Part shown: positions 52,801 through 63,291 of the stretch, piece by piece
Numbering within the stretch: the first letter of the stretch is position 1
How the letters are laid out: each line of letters starts with the position of its first letter
Origin: Heptranchias perlo
Lineage: Eukaryota
Assembly: GCF_035084215.1 (NCBI RefSeq)
Contig: NC_090340.1
Coordinates: 42,470,001 to 42,534,000 of the forward strand
Reading direction: 5' to 3'
Length of the DNA stretch: 64,000 bases
Notes under the pieces: model-generated
Seen by the model: the letters and a program-made list of their open reading frames with translations, nothing else
Database searches by the model: none
What the model was told of the DNA's origin: nothing
Made by a program: the position numbers and the translations under genes

Positions 52801-55800
52801 AAAGATTTTAAGTGGAAAAAAAAGTAAATACCAAAAGCTTCACATTTCTTAATTCACAATAGTGAAAAATCTTTAGATAAAAAGCACGTAGAATTAAACA
52901 GATTAAGCAGAAATCAAAACTTTAATTGTGGTATTTTCCCCCAGTGCAAATAGGTTATGCAAAAGACACTGAATTGAGAGGAACCAGGTAAGACAAGATT
53001 ATATCATATACTATCACATTTTAAATAGGTTGAAAACAGTGACCGTCTCTTAGTTGACAACACCCGGAGAACACACTAGCTAACCTTTGTTCTCCAAGAA
53101 CTGCTCGGGCCCCAAAGTATCTCTTTAGTTCAGTCTCTGGATTCAGATTCCTGCAGGAAATAAAAAGTTAATTTATGATAAGCAAGAGATAGTGAATATT
53201 AAATAAAAAAGACTTGCATTTATATAATGCCTTTCAAGATCTCAGGATGCTCCAAAGCACTTTGGAAGTACTTTTGAAGCATAGTCACTGTTGTAATATA
53301 GGAAACACAGCAACCAATTTGCATAGCAAGGTCCCACAAACAGCAAAGTGATAATGACAAATAATCTTTTTTAGTGATGTTGGTTAACGGATAAATATTG
53401 GCCTATTCACCAGGGAAACTCCCCTGCTCTTCTTGGAAACAGTGCCATGGGATCTTTTATATCCACCTGGGAGGGAAGATGGGGCCTCGGTTTAATGTCT
53501 CATCCAAAAGACGGCACCTCTGACAGTGCAGCACTTCCTCAGTACTGCACTGGAGTGTCAACCTAGATTTTGTGCTCAAGTCTCTGGAATGGGATTTGAA
53601 CCTTCAACCTTCTGACAAAGGCGAGAGTCCTACCACTAAGCCACAGCTGACACCTAAATTAAATTTTAACCTCAGGTAGTAATTGTTAAGAGACATGAAA
53701 AAGCAACAATATGCACAAATCGATGTTACCAATCTACTAAAATATCAAAAGGCCAAAACTGACGTTACGCCTCCGACATGATAAAAAACGTGGTTTCATT
53801 TCTTACCTATGTTCAACATACAGCAATGGTCTTGATTCTGCACTGAGACTGTGAGTTTGGTAATGGAAACCATTGGGTCTCTCAATCTCTTGTAGAATAC
53901 TATCAATATCATCGGTAGCACCTTCCTGTAAAGAGGACAACCACTTTCTAAGACTTTATAGGACAATTCAACTTTACTTATTGCTAAGACTGAACAGAAA
54001 GGAGGCCTATTCAGGTCTGACATTGTAAGTTCAAAATAGCTTGCAACCAAATAGATTACTTTTTGCACTACAAGCAAACATTACACCCATTTCCCTTTGA
54101 TGATACACTTTTCATAAATAGTTACAGAAAATTGGTTACTTGTAGGAACAGAATTGCAAAGTGCTGGTTAATCATCATTCACAACATCACCTGAGCATCA
54201 ACAGGAGCACTGTTCCGGTTTCTCTTTCTCTTTTTTTTCCGTTTGGGCTTGTTACTTGAATTAGTCTAGGAAGCAAAAAAGAAATCTTTCTTAAAAAGTA
54301 GTCAGTCAATGAAATAGAAACTAATTTTCTATCTTTTACACATAAATATAAAGCAAGATTTGATGTGTAGCAACTAGTTAAACAGTAATGTTCACTGATG
54401 TCCTTTAGGGAAGGAAACCTGTCGTCCTTACCCGGTCTGGCCTATACGTGACTCCAGACCCACAGCAATGTGGTTGATTCTTAAATGCCCTCTGGAACGG
54501 CCTAGCAAGCCACTCAGTTGTACAATCTCACTAAAAAAAAAGTCATAAGAATAAAACCAGACGGACCACCTGGCATCGGACCACTAGGCACCGGACATGA
54601 CAAAGGCAAACTAAGCCCAGTCGACCCTGCAAAGTCCTCCTCACTAACATCTGGGGACTTGTGTCAAAATTGTGAGAGCTGTCCCACAGACTAGTCAAAC
54701 AACAGCCTGGCATAGTCATACTCCCAGAATCATACCTTTCAGCCAACGTCCCAGACTCTTCCATCACCATCCCTGGGTATGTCCTGTCCCACCGGCAGGA
54801 CAGACCCACCAGAGGTGCCAGTACAGTGATATATAGTCAGGAGGAAGTGGCCCTGGGAGTCCTCAACATTGACTCTGGACCTCATGAAATCTCATGGCAT
54901 CAGGTCAAACATGGGCAAGGAAACCTCCTGCTGATTACAACCTACCGCCCTCCCTCAGCTGATGAATCAGTCCTCCTCCATGTTAAACATCACTTGGAGG
55001 AAGCACTGAGGGTAGAAAGGGCACAGAATGTACTCTGGGTAGGGGACTTCAATGTCCATCACCAAGAGTGGCTCGGTAGCACCACTACTGACCGAGCCCT
55101 GAAGGACATAGCTGCCATACTGGGCCTGCGGCAGGTGGTGAGCGAACCAACACGAGGGAAAAACTTACTTGACCTCGTCCTCACCAATCTACCTGTCGCA
55201 AATGTATCTGTCCATGACAGTATTGGTAGGAGTGACCACCGCACAGACCTCGTGGAGACTAAGTCCCGTCTTCGCACTGAGGACACCATCCAACGTGTTG
55301 TGTGGCACTACCACCATGCTAAATGGGATAGATTCAGAACAGATCTAGCAGCTCAAAACTGGGCATCCTTGAGGCGCTGTGGGCCATCAGCAGCAGCAGA
55401 ATTGTATTCCAGCACAATCTGTAACCTCATGGCCCGGCAATTTCTGCACCTCTACCATTACCAACAAGCCAGGGGATCAACCCTGGTTCATGAGGAGTGT
55501 AGAACAGCATGCTAGGAGCAGCACCAGGCGTACCGAAAAATGAGGTGCCAACCTGGTGAAGCTACAACTCAGGACTACATACATGCTAAACAGCGGAAGC
55601 AACATGCTATAGACAGAGCTAAGTGATTCCACAACCAACAGATCAGATCAAAGCTCTGCAGACCTGCCACATCCAGTCATGAATGGTGGTGGACAATTAA
55701 ACGACTAACGGGAGGAGGTGGCTCTGCAAACATCCCCATCCTCAATGATGGCGGAGTCCAGCATGTGAGCGCAAAAGACAAAGCTGAAGCGTTTGCAACC

Positions 55801-58800
55801 ATCTTCAGCCAGAAGTGCCGAGTGGATGATCCAATTCAGCCTCCTCCCGATATCCCCACCATCACAGAAGCCAGTCTTCAGCCAATTCGATTCCCTCCAT
55901 GTGACATCAAGAAACAGCTGAGTGCACTGGATACAGCAAAGGCTATAGGCCCCGACAACATCCCAGCTGTAGTGCTGAAGACTTGTGCTCCAGAACTAGC
56001 TGCGCCTCTAGCCAAGCTGTTCCAGTACAGCTGCAACACTGGCATCTACCCGACAATGTGGAAAATTGCCCGGGTATGCCCTGTCCACAAAAAGCAAGAC
56101 AAATCCAATCCGGCCAATTACTGTCCCATCAGTCTACTCTCAATCATCAGCAAAGTGATGGAAGGTGTCGTTGACAATGCTATCAATCAGCACTTACTCA
56201 CCAATAACCTGCTCACCGATGCTCAGTTTGGGTTCTGCCAGGACCACTCGGCTCCAGACCTCATTCCAGCCTTGGTCGAAACGTGGACAAAAGAGCTGAA
56301 ATCCAGAGGTGAGGACAGTGACTACCCTTGACATCAAGGCAGCATTTGACCGAGTGTGGCACCAAGGAGCCCTAGTAAAATTGAAGTCAACGGGAATCAG
56401 GGGGAAAACTCTCCAGTGGCTGGAGTCATACCTAACACAAAGGAAGATGTAACCTCTGCAAGACATGCCAGATCATCGACACAGATACCACCATCACACG
56501 AGAGGACACCACCCACCAGGTGCATGGTTCATACTCCTGTGACTCGGCCAACGTTGTCTACCTCATACGTTGCAGGAAAGGATGCCACAGAGCATGGTAC
56601 ATTGGCGAGACCATGCAGACGCTGCGACAACGGATGAACGGACACCGCGCAACAATCGCCAAACAGGAGGGTTCCCTCCCAGTCGGGGAACACTTCAGCA
56701 GTCATGGACATTCATCCACCGACCTTCGGGTAAGCGTACTCCAAGGCGGCCTTCGAGACACACGACAACGCAAAATCGTCGAGCAGAAATTGATAGCCAA
56801 GTTCCGCACCCATGAGGACGGCCTCAACCGGGATCTTGGGTTCATGTCACGCTACACGTTACCCCACCAGCGAACAAATGTTATCTGTTTTTAATATAAT
56901 GGGTCATTTGCTGGCTCTCTCTGCCTTCCGGATGTTTCTGCCTCTCTCTGTTTTTTTTTTCTCTGTTTTTTTTCCCTGTTTGTTTTTTTGTTGAATGTGT
57001 ATTCGGGGGTTCTGCAGGTGACACCTCTCTGTCTGAACACGGTGATTGCCTTGGCAACGGGCAGTTGCAGGGGCAGTCTGTAAACACCATGTATTGTTCT
57101 ATATGTATAAATGCGTAGGCTTCAAGGAGCTCTTGAAACATTTGCCTGAGGAAGGAGAAAATCTCCGAAAGCTTGTGAATTTAAAATAAAATTGCTGGAC
57201 TATAACTTGGTGTTGTAAAATTGTTTACAAAGGAAGATGGTAGTGGTTGTTGGAGGCCAATCATCTCAGCCCCAGGGCATTGCTGCAGGAGTTCCTCAGG
57301 GCAGTGTCCTAGGCCCAACTATCTTCAGCTGCTTCATCAATGACCTTCCCTCCATCGTAAGGTCAGAAATGGAGATGTTCGCTGATGATTGCACAGTGTT
57401 CAGTTCCATTCGCAACCCCTCAGATAATGAAGCAGTCCGAGCCCGCATGCAGCAAGACCTGGTCAACATCCAGACTTGGGCTCATAAGTGGCAAGCAACA
57501 TTCGCGCCACACAAGTGCCAGGCAATGACCACCTCCAACAAGAGAGAATCTAACCACCTCCCCTTGACATTCAACGGCATTACCATCGCCGAATCCCCCA
57601 CCATCAACATCCTGGGGGTCACCATTGACCAGAAACTTATCTGGACCAGCCATATAAATACTGTGGCTACAAGAGCAGGTTAGAGGCTGGGTATTCTGTG
57701 GCGAGTGACTCACCTCCTGACTCCCCAAAGCCTTTCCACCATCTACAAGGCACAAGTCAGGAGTGTGATGGAATACTCTCCACTTGCCTGGATGAGTGCA
57801 GCTCCAACAACACTTAAGAAGCTCGACACCATCCAGGACAAAAGCAGCCCGCTTGATTGGCACCCCATCCATCACCCTAAACATTCACTCCCTTCACCAC
57901 CGGCGCACAGTAGCTGCAGCGTGTACCATCCACAAGATGCACTGCAGCAACTCGCCAAGGCTTCTTCGACAGCACCTTCCAAACCCGAGACCTCTACCAC
58001 CTAGAAGGACAAGAGCAGCAGGTACATGGGAACAACACCATCTGCACGTTCCCCTCCAAGTCACACACCATTCCGACTTGGAAATATATCGCTGTTCCTT
58101 CATCATCACTGGGTCAAAATCCTGGAACTCCCTTCTTAACAGCACTGTGGGAGAACCTTCACCACACGGACTGCAGCGGTTCAAGAAGGCGGCTCACCAC
58201 CACCTTCTCAAGGACAATTAGGGATGGGCAATAAATGCCGGCCTCGCCAGTGACGCCCACATCCCATGAACGAATAAAAAAAATACATATTTTGTATTTA
58301 ATGCACATCCATCACACTTGTTACAGGTGCAAAACAATTTTTTTTAAAAAGATTAATTCTTCTGAGCTCAAATAGAATTTACAAGTAACTACAATTGACC
58401 TGAGTTTACAAGGAAATACAATTTACTTGCTTATTCAGACCACTTCCTAATAGGCAGCTCTAAATTGAGCAGTGGCCTTAAAAAGGTGCAGGTAGGGTTA
58501 AACACAGCTCTACCTTCGCATATAAACATCAGTCATGTTCGAGGATACACATGAAGATGCGCCAGTTGTGGTTAAATTTGGCACAATGGAATGAGACAAA
58601 AATGCTTTTTCACGTCTTTTAACAATTACTACTTGAGTTTAAAATTTAATTTAGGTTTCAGCCATGGCTTAGTGGTAGCACTCTCGCCTTTCAGTTATCG
58701 AGTACCACAAACATAGTGAATTCAATCAGATTTAAGGTATTTTTCTATTAAAAGCTGTGCTTGTACAAAAGCAAAAGCTCTACCACACAATTCCTCAATG

Positions 58801-60800
58801 ATTCAGGGATGAAGTGCAATGCACAAAACCACTGTAAAGTTGTAAATTAGATGCCCAACCCCATGCATGAAATATTGAAAATTTACCTGCAAAACGTCAG
58901 ATTCATTTTCCAATTCTTCAATTTTCTTTTCCTGTTCTTCATTTTCTGTATTCTGTGCAGCTTCAGTTTGGTCATCCTTCTCCTCAGTCAAAGAGTCTTT
59001 CAGCCTCAAGTTTATACTATCCGGTTCTTCTGCAGGATGATCCTCTGTAACTGCATCATTCTCAGCATCAGCTTCACTAATCTACAGAAATAAAAAAACA
59101 ACAAAACCTTATACAAGGATTATATTGACCTCCACATATTACAACTGTATGATGCATTGTCCTTTCCACTGCTCATTCTTCAGTGCAAATGCTTTTCTAA
59201 GTACTAGAACTACATACACTGCATTTGTATAGTCAGGATCGTCGGATTCAATATTTGCATATTCATGTACTTAATGGAAGCATTTGAAATAGTCAACCAA
59301 GTAGTGAATTACACAGCAACAACAAATACAGATTTTTCTAATGATGCCCATAAAGTACAAGGCTTTTATAGAGGATACCAAAATTATGGAATAACCCAGG
59401 GGCAATTTTTTCAATCCTTAGTTTCATTATCAGAAACAGGATAATTCAACAGTGAAGTTTGCTTTATGTGATCTATAGTTACTAGGTCTCAATATCACAG
59501 CTTCAACCCCTATTCCAGCTCTTCTCACCTTCAGGTAGGTACACCTACTATTTTGTATTCTACTTTTTTCCAACTGTATTTAAGGTATTTTTCTATTAAA
59601 AACTGTGCTTGTACAAAAGCAAAAGCTCTACCACACAATTCCTCAGTGATTCAGGGATGATGTGCACTGCACAAAACCACTGTAAAGTTGTAAATTAGAT
59701 GCACAACCCCATGCATTACCATAACCCCAGATATGGTAAAAAAATTAAAACAGAAAATTCCAAGCTAAAAAGGAAGGAACAGACAGTAGATTCAATGATA
59801 CAGTACAGCATAAAAGAAATCCTGATTATCTTAAACAAAAACACTCTCTCCCTCCAGTTGTCAGGAAAATACAGGTCTGGAATCTTGGTCTTTCACAATC
59901 ATAATTTCCAGAATACAGAATAATGCAGAAGCAAAAATTACTTGTTGGGCAAGACATTAAGCCAAGGCCACATCTTTCTACGCAAGTGGACGTAAAAAGT
60001 CCCATAGCATTAATCATAGAAGAACATGGAGTTCTCAGTGCTCAGGTCCATATTCATCCCTTCAATCAAAAGCACAGAAAGACTAACTAGTTATTCATTT
60101 GCTGTTTGAGACCCTACTTTGCTACTGTATTTACCTACATAACAACATTGACCACACTTCAAAAGTAATTCATTGGTTGTAAAGTGCATTGGGACAGTCT
60201 GACGTTGTGATACAAGTGCCAGGGTCCCTGGGCACAACATTCACCACTTCCCCCATATGGTCTTCTTGTAATTCCTCTAACGAACACCCACTACCACAGC
60301 CAATTTTACCCCGAATCCCCACTGCTTTAAGCTTAAGTTGCAGTTTTTTTCGGCAGAACTCTTTCAAAGACTTTTTTGGAAGTCGAGTTGCACCAAATCA
60401 TGGGCCTTTCCACCGTCTAAATGGGATATCACCTTGTGGCGTTTGGTCGGTCGGTCGGTCAGGCTCCGCTCCTCTCTCCCCCCCCGCCGCCGCCGGGTGC
60501 TGTTTACCGGGTAACCTCGGCCTCCACTTTTAACACTATCCGCAGTGGCAGCGGATCCCAGACCTGCCGTGTCCCCGCACTCGATAAACCGCCCGCCCCG
60601 CTCTCTCCCCCACCCCCCGGGGCCTAGCTCCCGCTCACCAGCAGGTACAGGTTGTCAGCCGCCGCTTTCTTTTTCTTGTTCCTCCGCTGTTTACGGAGCG
60701 GCGCGGGCTCTAGCGGCCGCTCCTCTTCCTCTTCCTCCTGATGGTTCAGCGGCTCCTGGACCCGCTCCCCGCGCAACTTCCGCAGGCTCCGCGATGACAT
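31719..60800 (-). CDS. TCF25: TCF25 (NULP1, Rqc1 homologue, ribosome quality control factor); 18 coding exons, 2043 nt, 680 aa
   Basis: Exons join in frame with GT-AG junctions. Recognisable TCF25 motifs: [85 protein letters not shown] and the C-terminus GEWD*. Confidence 0.96.
32648..32847. mobile_element. Fold-back Penelope-like terminal repeat insertion
   Basis: Perfect 77-bp inverted repeat (32647-32723 / 32738-32814); 12-bp TSD gttctggattta at 32636-32647 and 32848-32859. Confidence 0.92.
32697..32737 (-). ncRNA. Minimal type-I hammerhead ribozyme motif, sense to TCF25 intron 17
   Basis: Minus strand: attcac CTGACGA a gggga-taa-tctcc GAAA gctt gtgatt. Confidence 0.72.
32930..33002 (-). 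CDS. TCF25: TCF25 exon 17
   Basis: [24 protein letters not shown]. Confidence 0.95.
33300..34700 (-). mobile_element. Degraded CR1 fragment(s), with a nested CR1 tail at about 34196-34400
   Basis: [19 protein letters not shown]; gggggcccagcaccaatccctggagtactcc. Confidence 0.7.
35308..35387 (-). CDS. TCF25: TCF25 exon 16
   Basis: [26 protein letters not shown](R). Confidence 0.95.
36369..36459 (-). CDS. TCF25: TCF25 exon 15
   Basis: [30 protein letters not shown]. Confidence 0.95.
37815..37973 (-). CDS. TCF25: TCF25 exon 14
   Basis: [52 protein letters not shown](K). Confidence 0.95.
39243..42360 (-). mobile_element. CR1 LINE ORF2 (APE + RT), frameshifted
   Basis: [47 protein letters not shown]. 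Confidence 0.92.
42079..42236. mobile_element. Fold-back Penelope-like terminal repeat insertion in CR1
   Basis: Inverted arms about 42077-42132 / 42141-42199; 13-bp TSD attattaagaatg at 42066-42078 and 42237-42249. Confidence 0.9.
42800..43722 (+). mobile_element. 5'-truncated CR1 LINE
   Basis: DDTKLG...[28 protein letters not shown]; tail tttatgattcta. Confidence 0.9.
44000..44087 (-). CDS. TCF25: TCF25 exon 13
   Basis: (V)[28 protein letters not shown]. Confidence 0.93.
45965..46124 (-). CDS. TCF25: TCF25 exon 12
   Basis: [24 protein letters not shown]...[11 protein letters not shown]. Confidence 0.95.
46943..47048 (-). CDS. TCF25: TCF25 exon 11
   Basis: [35 protein letters not shown]. 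Confidence 0.95.
48239..48331 (-). CDS. TCF25: TCF25 exon 10
   Basis: [30 protein letters not shown](C). Confidence 0.95.
49257..49350 (-). CDS. TCF25: TCF25 exon 9
   Basis: [30 protein letters not shown](R). Confidence 0.95.
49540..50666 (+). mobile_element. CR1 3' fragment split by an insertion
   Basis: gaggtcttcaagattatgaaggg...tggaattctctgacacaaa | actgttgttgaagcagag...cattctacaattctatg. Confidence 0.7.
49728..50488. mobile_element. GC-rich non-autonomous insertion with degenerate terminal inverted repeats (MITE-like)
   Basis: Ends ggcatgattttgac / gttaaaattactcc; it interrupts a CR1 tail that rejoins when it is removed. Confidence 0.55.
51293..51392 (-). CDS. TCF25: TCF25 exon 8
   Basis: [33 protein letters not shown](E). 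Confidence 0.95.
52248..52378 (-). CDS. TCF25: TCF25 exon 7
   Basis: [43 protein letters not shown]. Confidence 0.95.
52710..52792 (-). CDS. TCF25: TCF25 exon 6
   Basis: [27 protein letters not shown](G). Confidence 0.95.
53085..53150 (-). CDS. TCF25: TCF25 exon 5
   Basis: [21 protein letters not shown](R). Confidence 0.95.
53205..53655 (-). mobile_element. Full-length tRNA-derived Deu-type SINE (SacSINE1-like) with an L2-type tail
   Basis: Minus strand: ggtgtcagctgtggcttagtggtag (A box)...ggttcaaatccc (B box)...tatataaatgcaagtctttt. Confidence 0.8.
53807..53925 (-). CDS. TCF25: TCF25 exon 4
   Basis: [15 protein letters not shown]...PLLYVEH(R); |gtaaga. Confidence 0.93.
54191..54265 (-). 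CDS. TCF25: TCF25 exon 3
   Basis: [25 protein letters not shown], 75 nt, polybasic; cctag| and |gtgatg. Confidence 0.88.
56450..57230 (+). mobile_element. 5'-truncated Penelope-like element (Neptune-type) with GIY-YIG endonuclease
   Basis: Frame NLCKTCQII...[41 protein letters not shown], stop at 56894; 13-bp TSD acaaaggaagatg at 56437-56449 and 57227-57239. Confidence 0.95.
57140..57180 (+). ncRNA. Minimal type-I hammerhead ribozyme motif in the PLE 3' region
   Basis: atttgc CTGAGGA a ggaga-aaa-tctcc GAAA gctt gtgaat. Confidence 0.75.
58730..58868 (+). repeat. 139-bp direct repeat, copy 1
   Basis: 5 mismatches to 59578-59716. Confidence 0.95.
58887..59081 (-). CDS. TCF25: TCF25 exon 2
   Basis: ctgtag|ATT; acidic [11 protein letters not shown]...NESDVLQ|gtaaat; 195 nt, phase 0-0. 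Confidence 0.88.
59578..59716 (+). repeat. 139-bp direct repeat, copy 2
   Basis: 5 mismatches to 58730-58868. Confidence 0.95.
60020..60220 (+). mobile_element. Deu-type SINE 3' fragment
   Basis: cacttcaaaagtaattcattggttgtaaagtgcattgggac tail, as in 53205-53330 reversed. Confidence 0.6.
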
Positions 60801-61100
60801 GGTGTCGGTGTCCCTGACGATAGCCGGTACCGGGGCCCGGGGCTCGGGGCCTGTGTCCCGCCTTGACTCCAACTCCCACCGGAACACCCTTGTTAGCGGC
60901 GACGGTGGCCGGAACGTTCCGGCTCAAATGTCGGCAGGGAGCGGTTGAGGAAAGTCGAAACGATCAGAGAGAGCTGTAACGCCGCCGAGTGTTGGGAGCC
61001 CTGGTTTCATTTAGTGAGCGGTCACGGCCGGTGCACTCTGTGAGCAGCGAGGAATGGGACACCGAGCTGTCCCGCCTCACTCAGTTAAAGGAGGCTCGTT
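60430..61100 (-). promoter_or_regulatory. CpG-island promoter of TCF25
   Basis: GC/CpG-rich block spanning exon 1; 16-bp palindrome gccggaacgttccggc at 60908-60923. Confidence 0.8.
60639..60800 (-). CDS. TCF25: TCF25 exon 1
   Basis: gacaccATG; [18 protein letters not shown]...ADNLYLL|gtgagc. Confidence 0.93.
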
Positions 61101-63192
61101 CTAGTTTGAAAATGTGACCTAATTTGATGTGTGTATTCTGAAAAATAAATGTTGGAGAGAACTGAGTGACGGATACACTCACACCAGTCGAACAAACCTG
61201 CCCCTTTCATTATTCGTGCCCCCGTTTCTTTCACCTGCTGTCCCGAATTGGAACTCTATTACTCTAGTTTCTATATATATATGACTATATTTGGGTATAT
61301 AGGGTCAAACAGTGACATGATTTATCTTTATTTTATTATTACAGATGGTATTTAGTTTGTGTTTTTCAATACCTTAAATTTTAAATAGCCACCCCCCCCC
61401 CTTGTTATCACCCTTAGATGTTTTTGAAGCTTGGATAAATTTCCGTCTTCTGTTTCTTTTTCCATACCTCTGTGTTTATTGCCTGAATTTCAGGTATCTC
61501 TGGCATTTATTCTGGTACATTTTCTCTTGCATTTTCCTTTTGTGTTTCTGCCTGCTTTCAGTGTCACATATCCAGTAATCCAGTTCTCTCCCTCTTCAGT
61601 CTACTCATGCACAAAACAACTCAGAAAAGCAATTGTGCCAGACTGCCATGGTTTTTGTTCTCCTGACTATTGTGGCTATTTTATACACTTTCCACCCCTG
61701 ATCTATTGGGAAGCCCTGGTCCTGTTGTTTTTTTTACGCTGCTACTCACATTCCCAGAGTGCCCTCATGCACAATTATCACAAGTCGTCCCTGACGTTTT
61801 TGTGTACTATATCTACAAAGAAGCAAAACATATATACTTTAGTGCTCTTAAAATATATTTCCCTTCCAATAAAATCTCTCTTTAAGTCTCCTGTATCACA
61901 CACCATTCTTCAAACAACAGACAAATTATTCCTGGGAATGGATAAGATTACATAGACAAACTCCTTCAAAGTTCTGCTAATGTCCTTAAATTGCTGGTAG
62001 GAGGACAGTAACAGCTACATGAGTGTATTTACCCTCTGACCTTTTCTCACACCCTGTTGGGAGAGTGCCTTATCTCTGCTGAGCAAGGCCAAGATCAAGA
62101 CCATACAATGTCTACTCGACAACTCCACCTCTGTGCACCAAATTAGTTGGATCACCAGGTATCCGCATTTATTAAGGTTATCACCTGCCAGATCTGGAAA
62201 TTTTTTATCAGCCCAAAGAGGGGAATGCCAAGGACATGGCATTGTGGTACTTGGCGGATAACGGAGAGAGGATGATCTACAGAAAGCTTTATTTTAAAAG
62301 TGTATCACTATCTATATTTGAGTTATTTTCTTCTCTTTCCTAATATGCCATTTAGTGCAACAGCCCAGATATGGCTGGAAGGTCAGTAGGGCAGTTGGCT
62401 TTTAATTTTTATGAGTCAACATTTTTATAGGGAGTAAGGCTGTTATTATGCTGTGTCTGCCAGTGTAGGACCTCAGCAGTTAACCAGTCTCAGTTACACT
62501 GCTGCTTGTATCTCTGAGTAGAGGGTAGCAAAGTTCTGTGCACGTCTATTCAGATGCGTGGGCACGAGAGATATGAAGAGACCTGGTGAACTTATACTTT
62601 TGTCACTATTGAGCAATCTGCGAAAGTGCTCATACAGTTACTGCAGTTAGCTGTGTGCTTTGTAAATAGTCTGCTTAATCTCTCTCTTCTGAACGCAGCA
62701 ATGTGATAGGGTTCCACACATTGCAACAGGCAAAATCTTTTAGCTGGTACCATAACTGAGCACAGTGACAGTGACTGTGTTTATACTTGAGTCAGTCAGT
62801 AGAGGGAGCTCTTGTATGAAAATGGGTTCCTGGTTTTTTAGTTGTAAAATTTCTCATGGATTTTTCTGTTCATATATTTTGAAAATTAAATCCAGGTAAA
62901 AATCCTAGGTGGGGGGAAGAAAAAAAAGAATTATAGCTTCTCATCTACTTTTCAGGTGCAAATAGCAGAGCAAAATTGTTTACACCGATTCTTTTACTAA
63001 TTTTATAATAGTCTTCTAAAATATTTTCATATTTTGTTGGTGTTCTGAGATGAGAGAAAACAATGCAGACCACACCAGACACCACCTCCATCCCACCGCT
63101 GCAACCTCCCCTAGGCCTATGTCCCTGTTCACACTTTTTTTCCAACTTTGTTCCACTTGTGTATTCTCACCCCCTCTGCCCTACCATCAATG

Positions 63193-63291
63193 ATTTCGAC
63201 ATCGTTCACCTGAGGAAGGAGGAAGCCTCCGAAAGCTTGTGAATTTAAAATAAAATTGCTGGACTATAACTTGGTGTTGTAAAATTGTTTA
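63193..63291 (+). mobile_element. Solo Penelope-like terminal repeat inserted in a degraded L2 tail (about 63120-63527)
   Basis: Near-identical to 9429-9522; imperfect TSD ctaccatcaatg / ctaccataatg. Confidence 0.88.
63204..63244 (+). ncRNA. Minimal type-I hammerhead ribozyme motif
   Basis: gttcac CTGAGGA a ggagg-aag-cctcc GAAA gctt gtgaat. Confidence 0.78.

Larger units (their letters stand above)
54390..58283 (+). mobile_element. Apparently full-length single-ORF CR1-group (Zenon-like) LINE, interrupted by a Penelope element
   Basis: Same family and same 5' start (gttcact.atgtcc) as 13943-16994; APE + RT; ends cccatgaacgaataaaaaaaa. Confidence 0.92.

Noticed and set aside
60801-60887. N-terminal extension of TCF25 suggested by the ORF track
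   Set aside because: It starts at a GTG; the ATG at 60800 has a good context and matches the known N-terminus.
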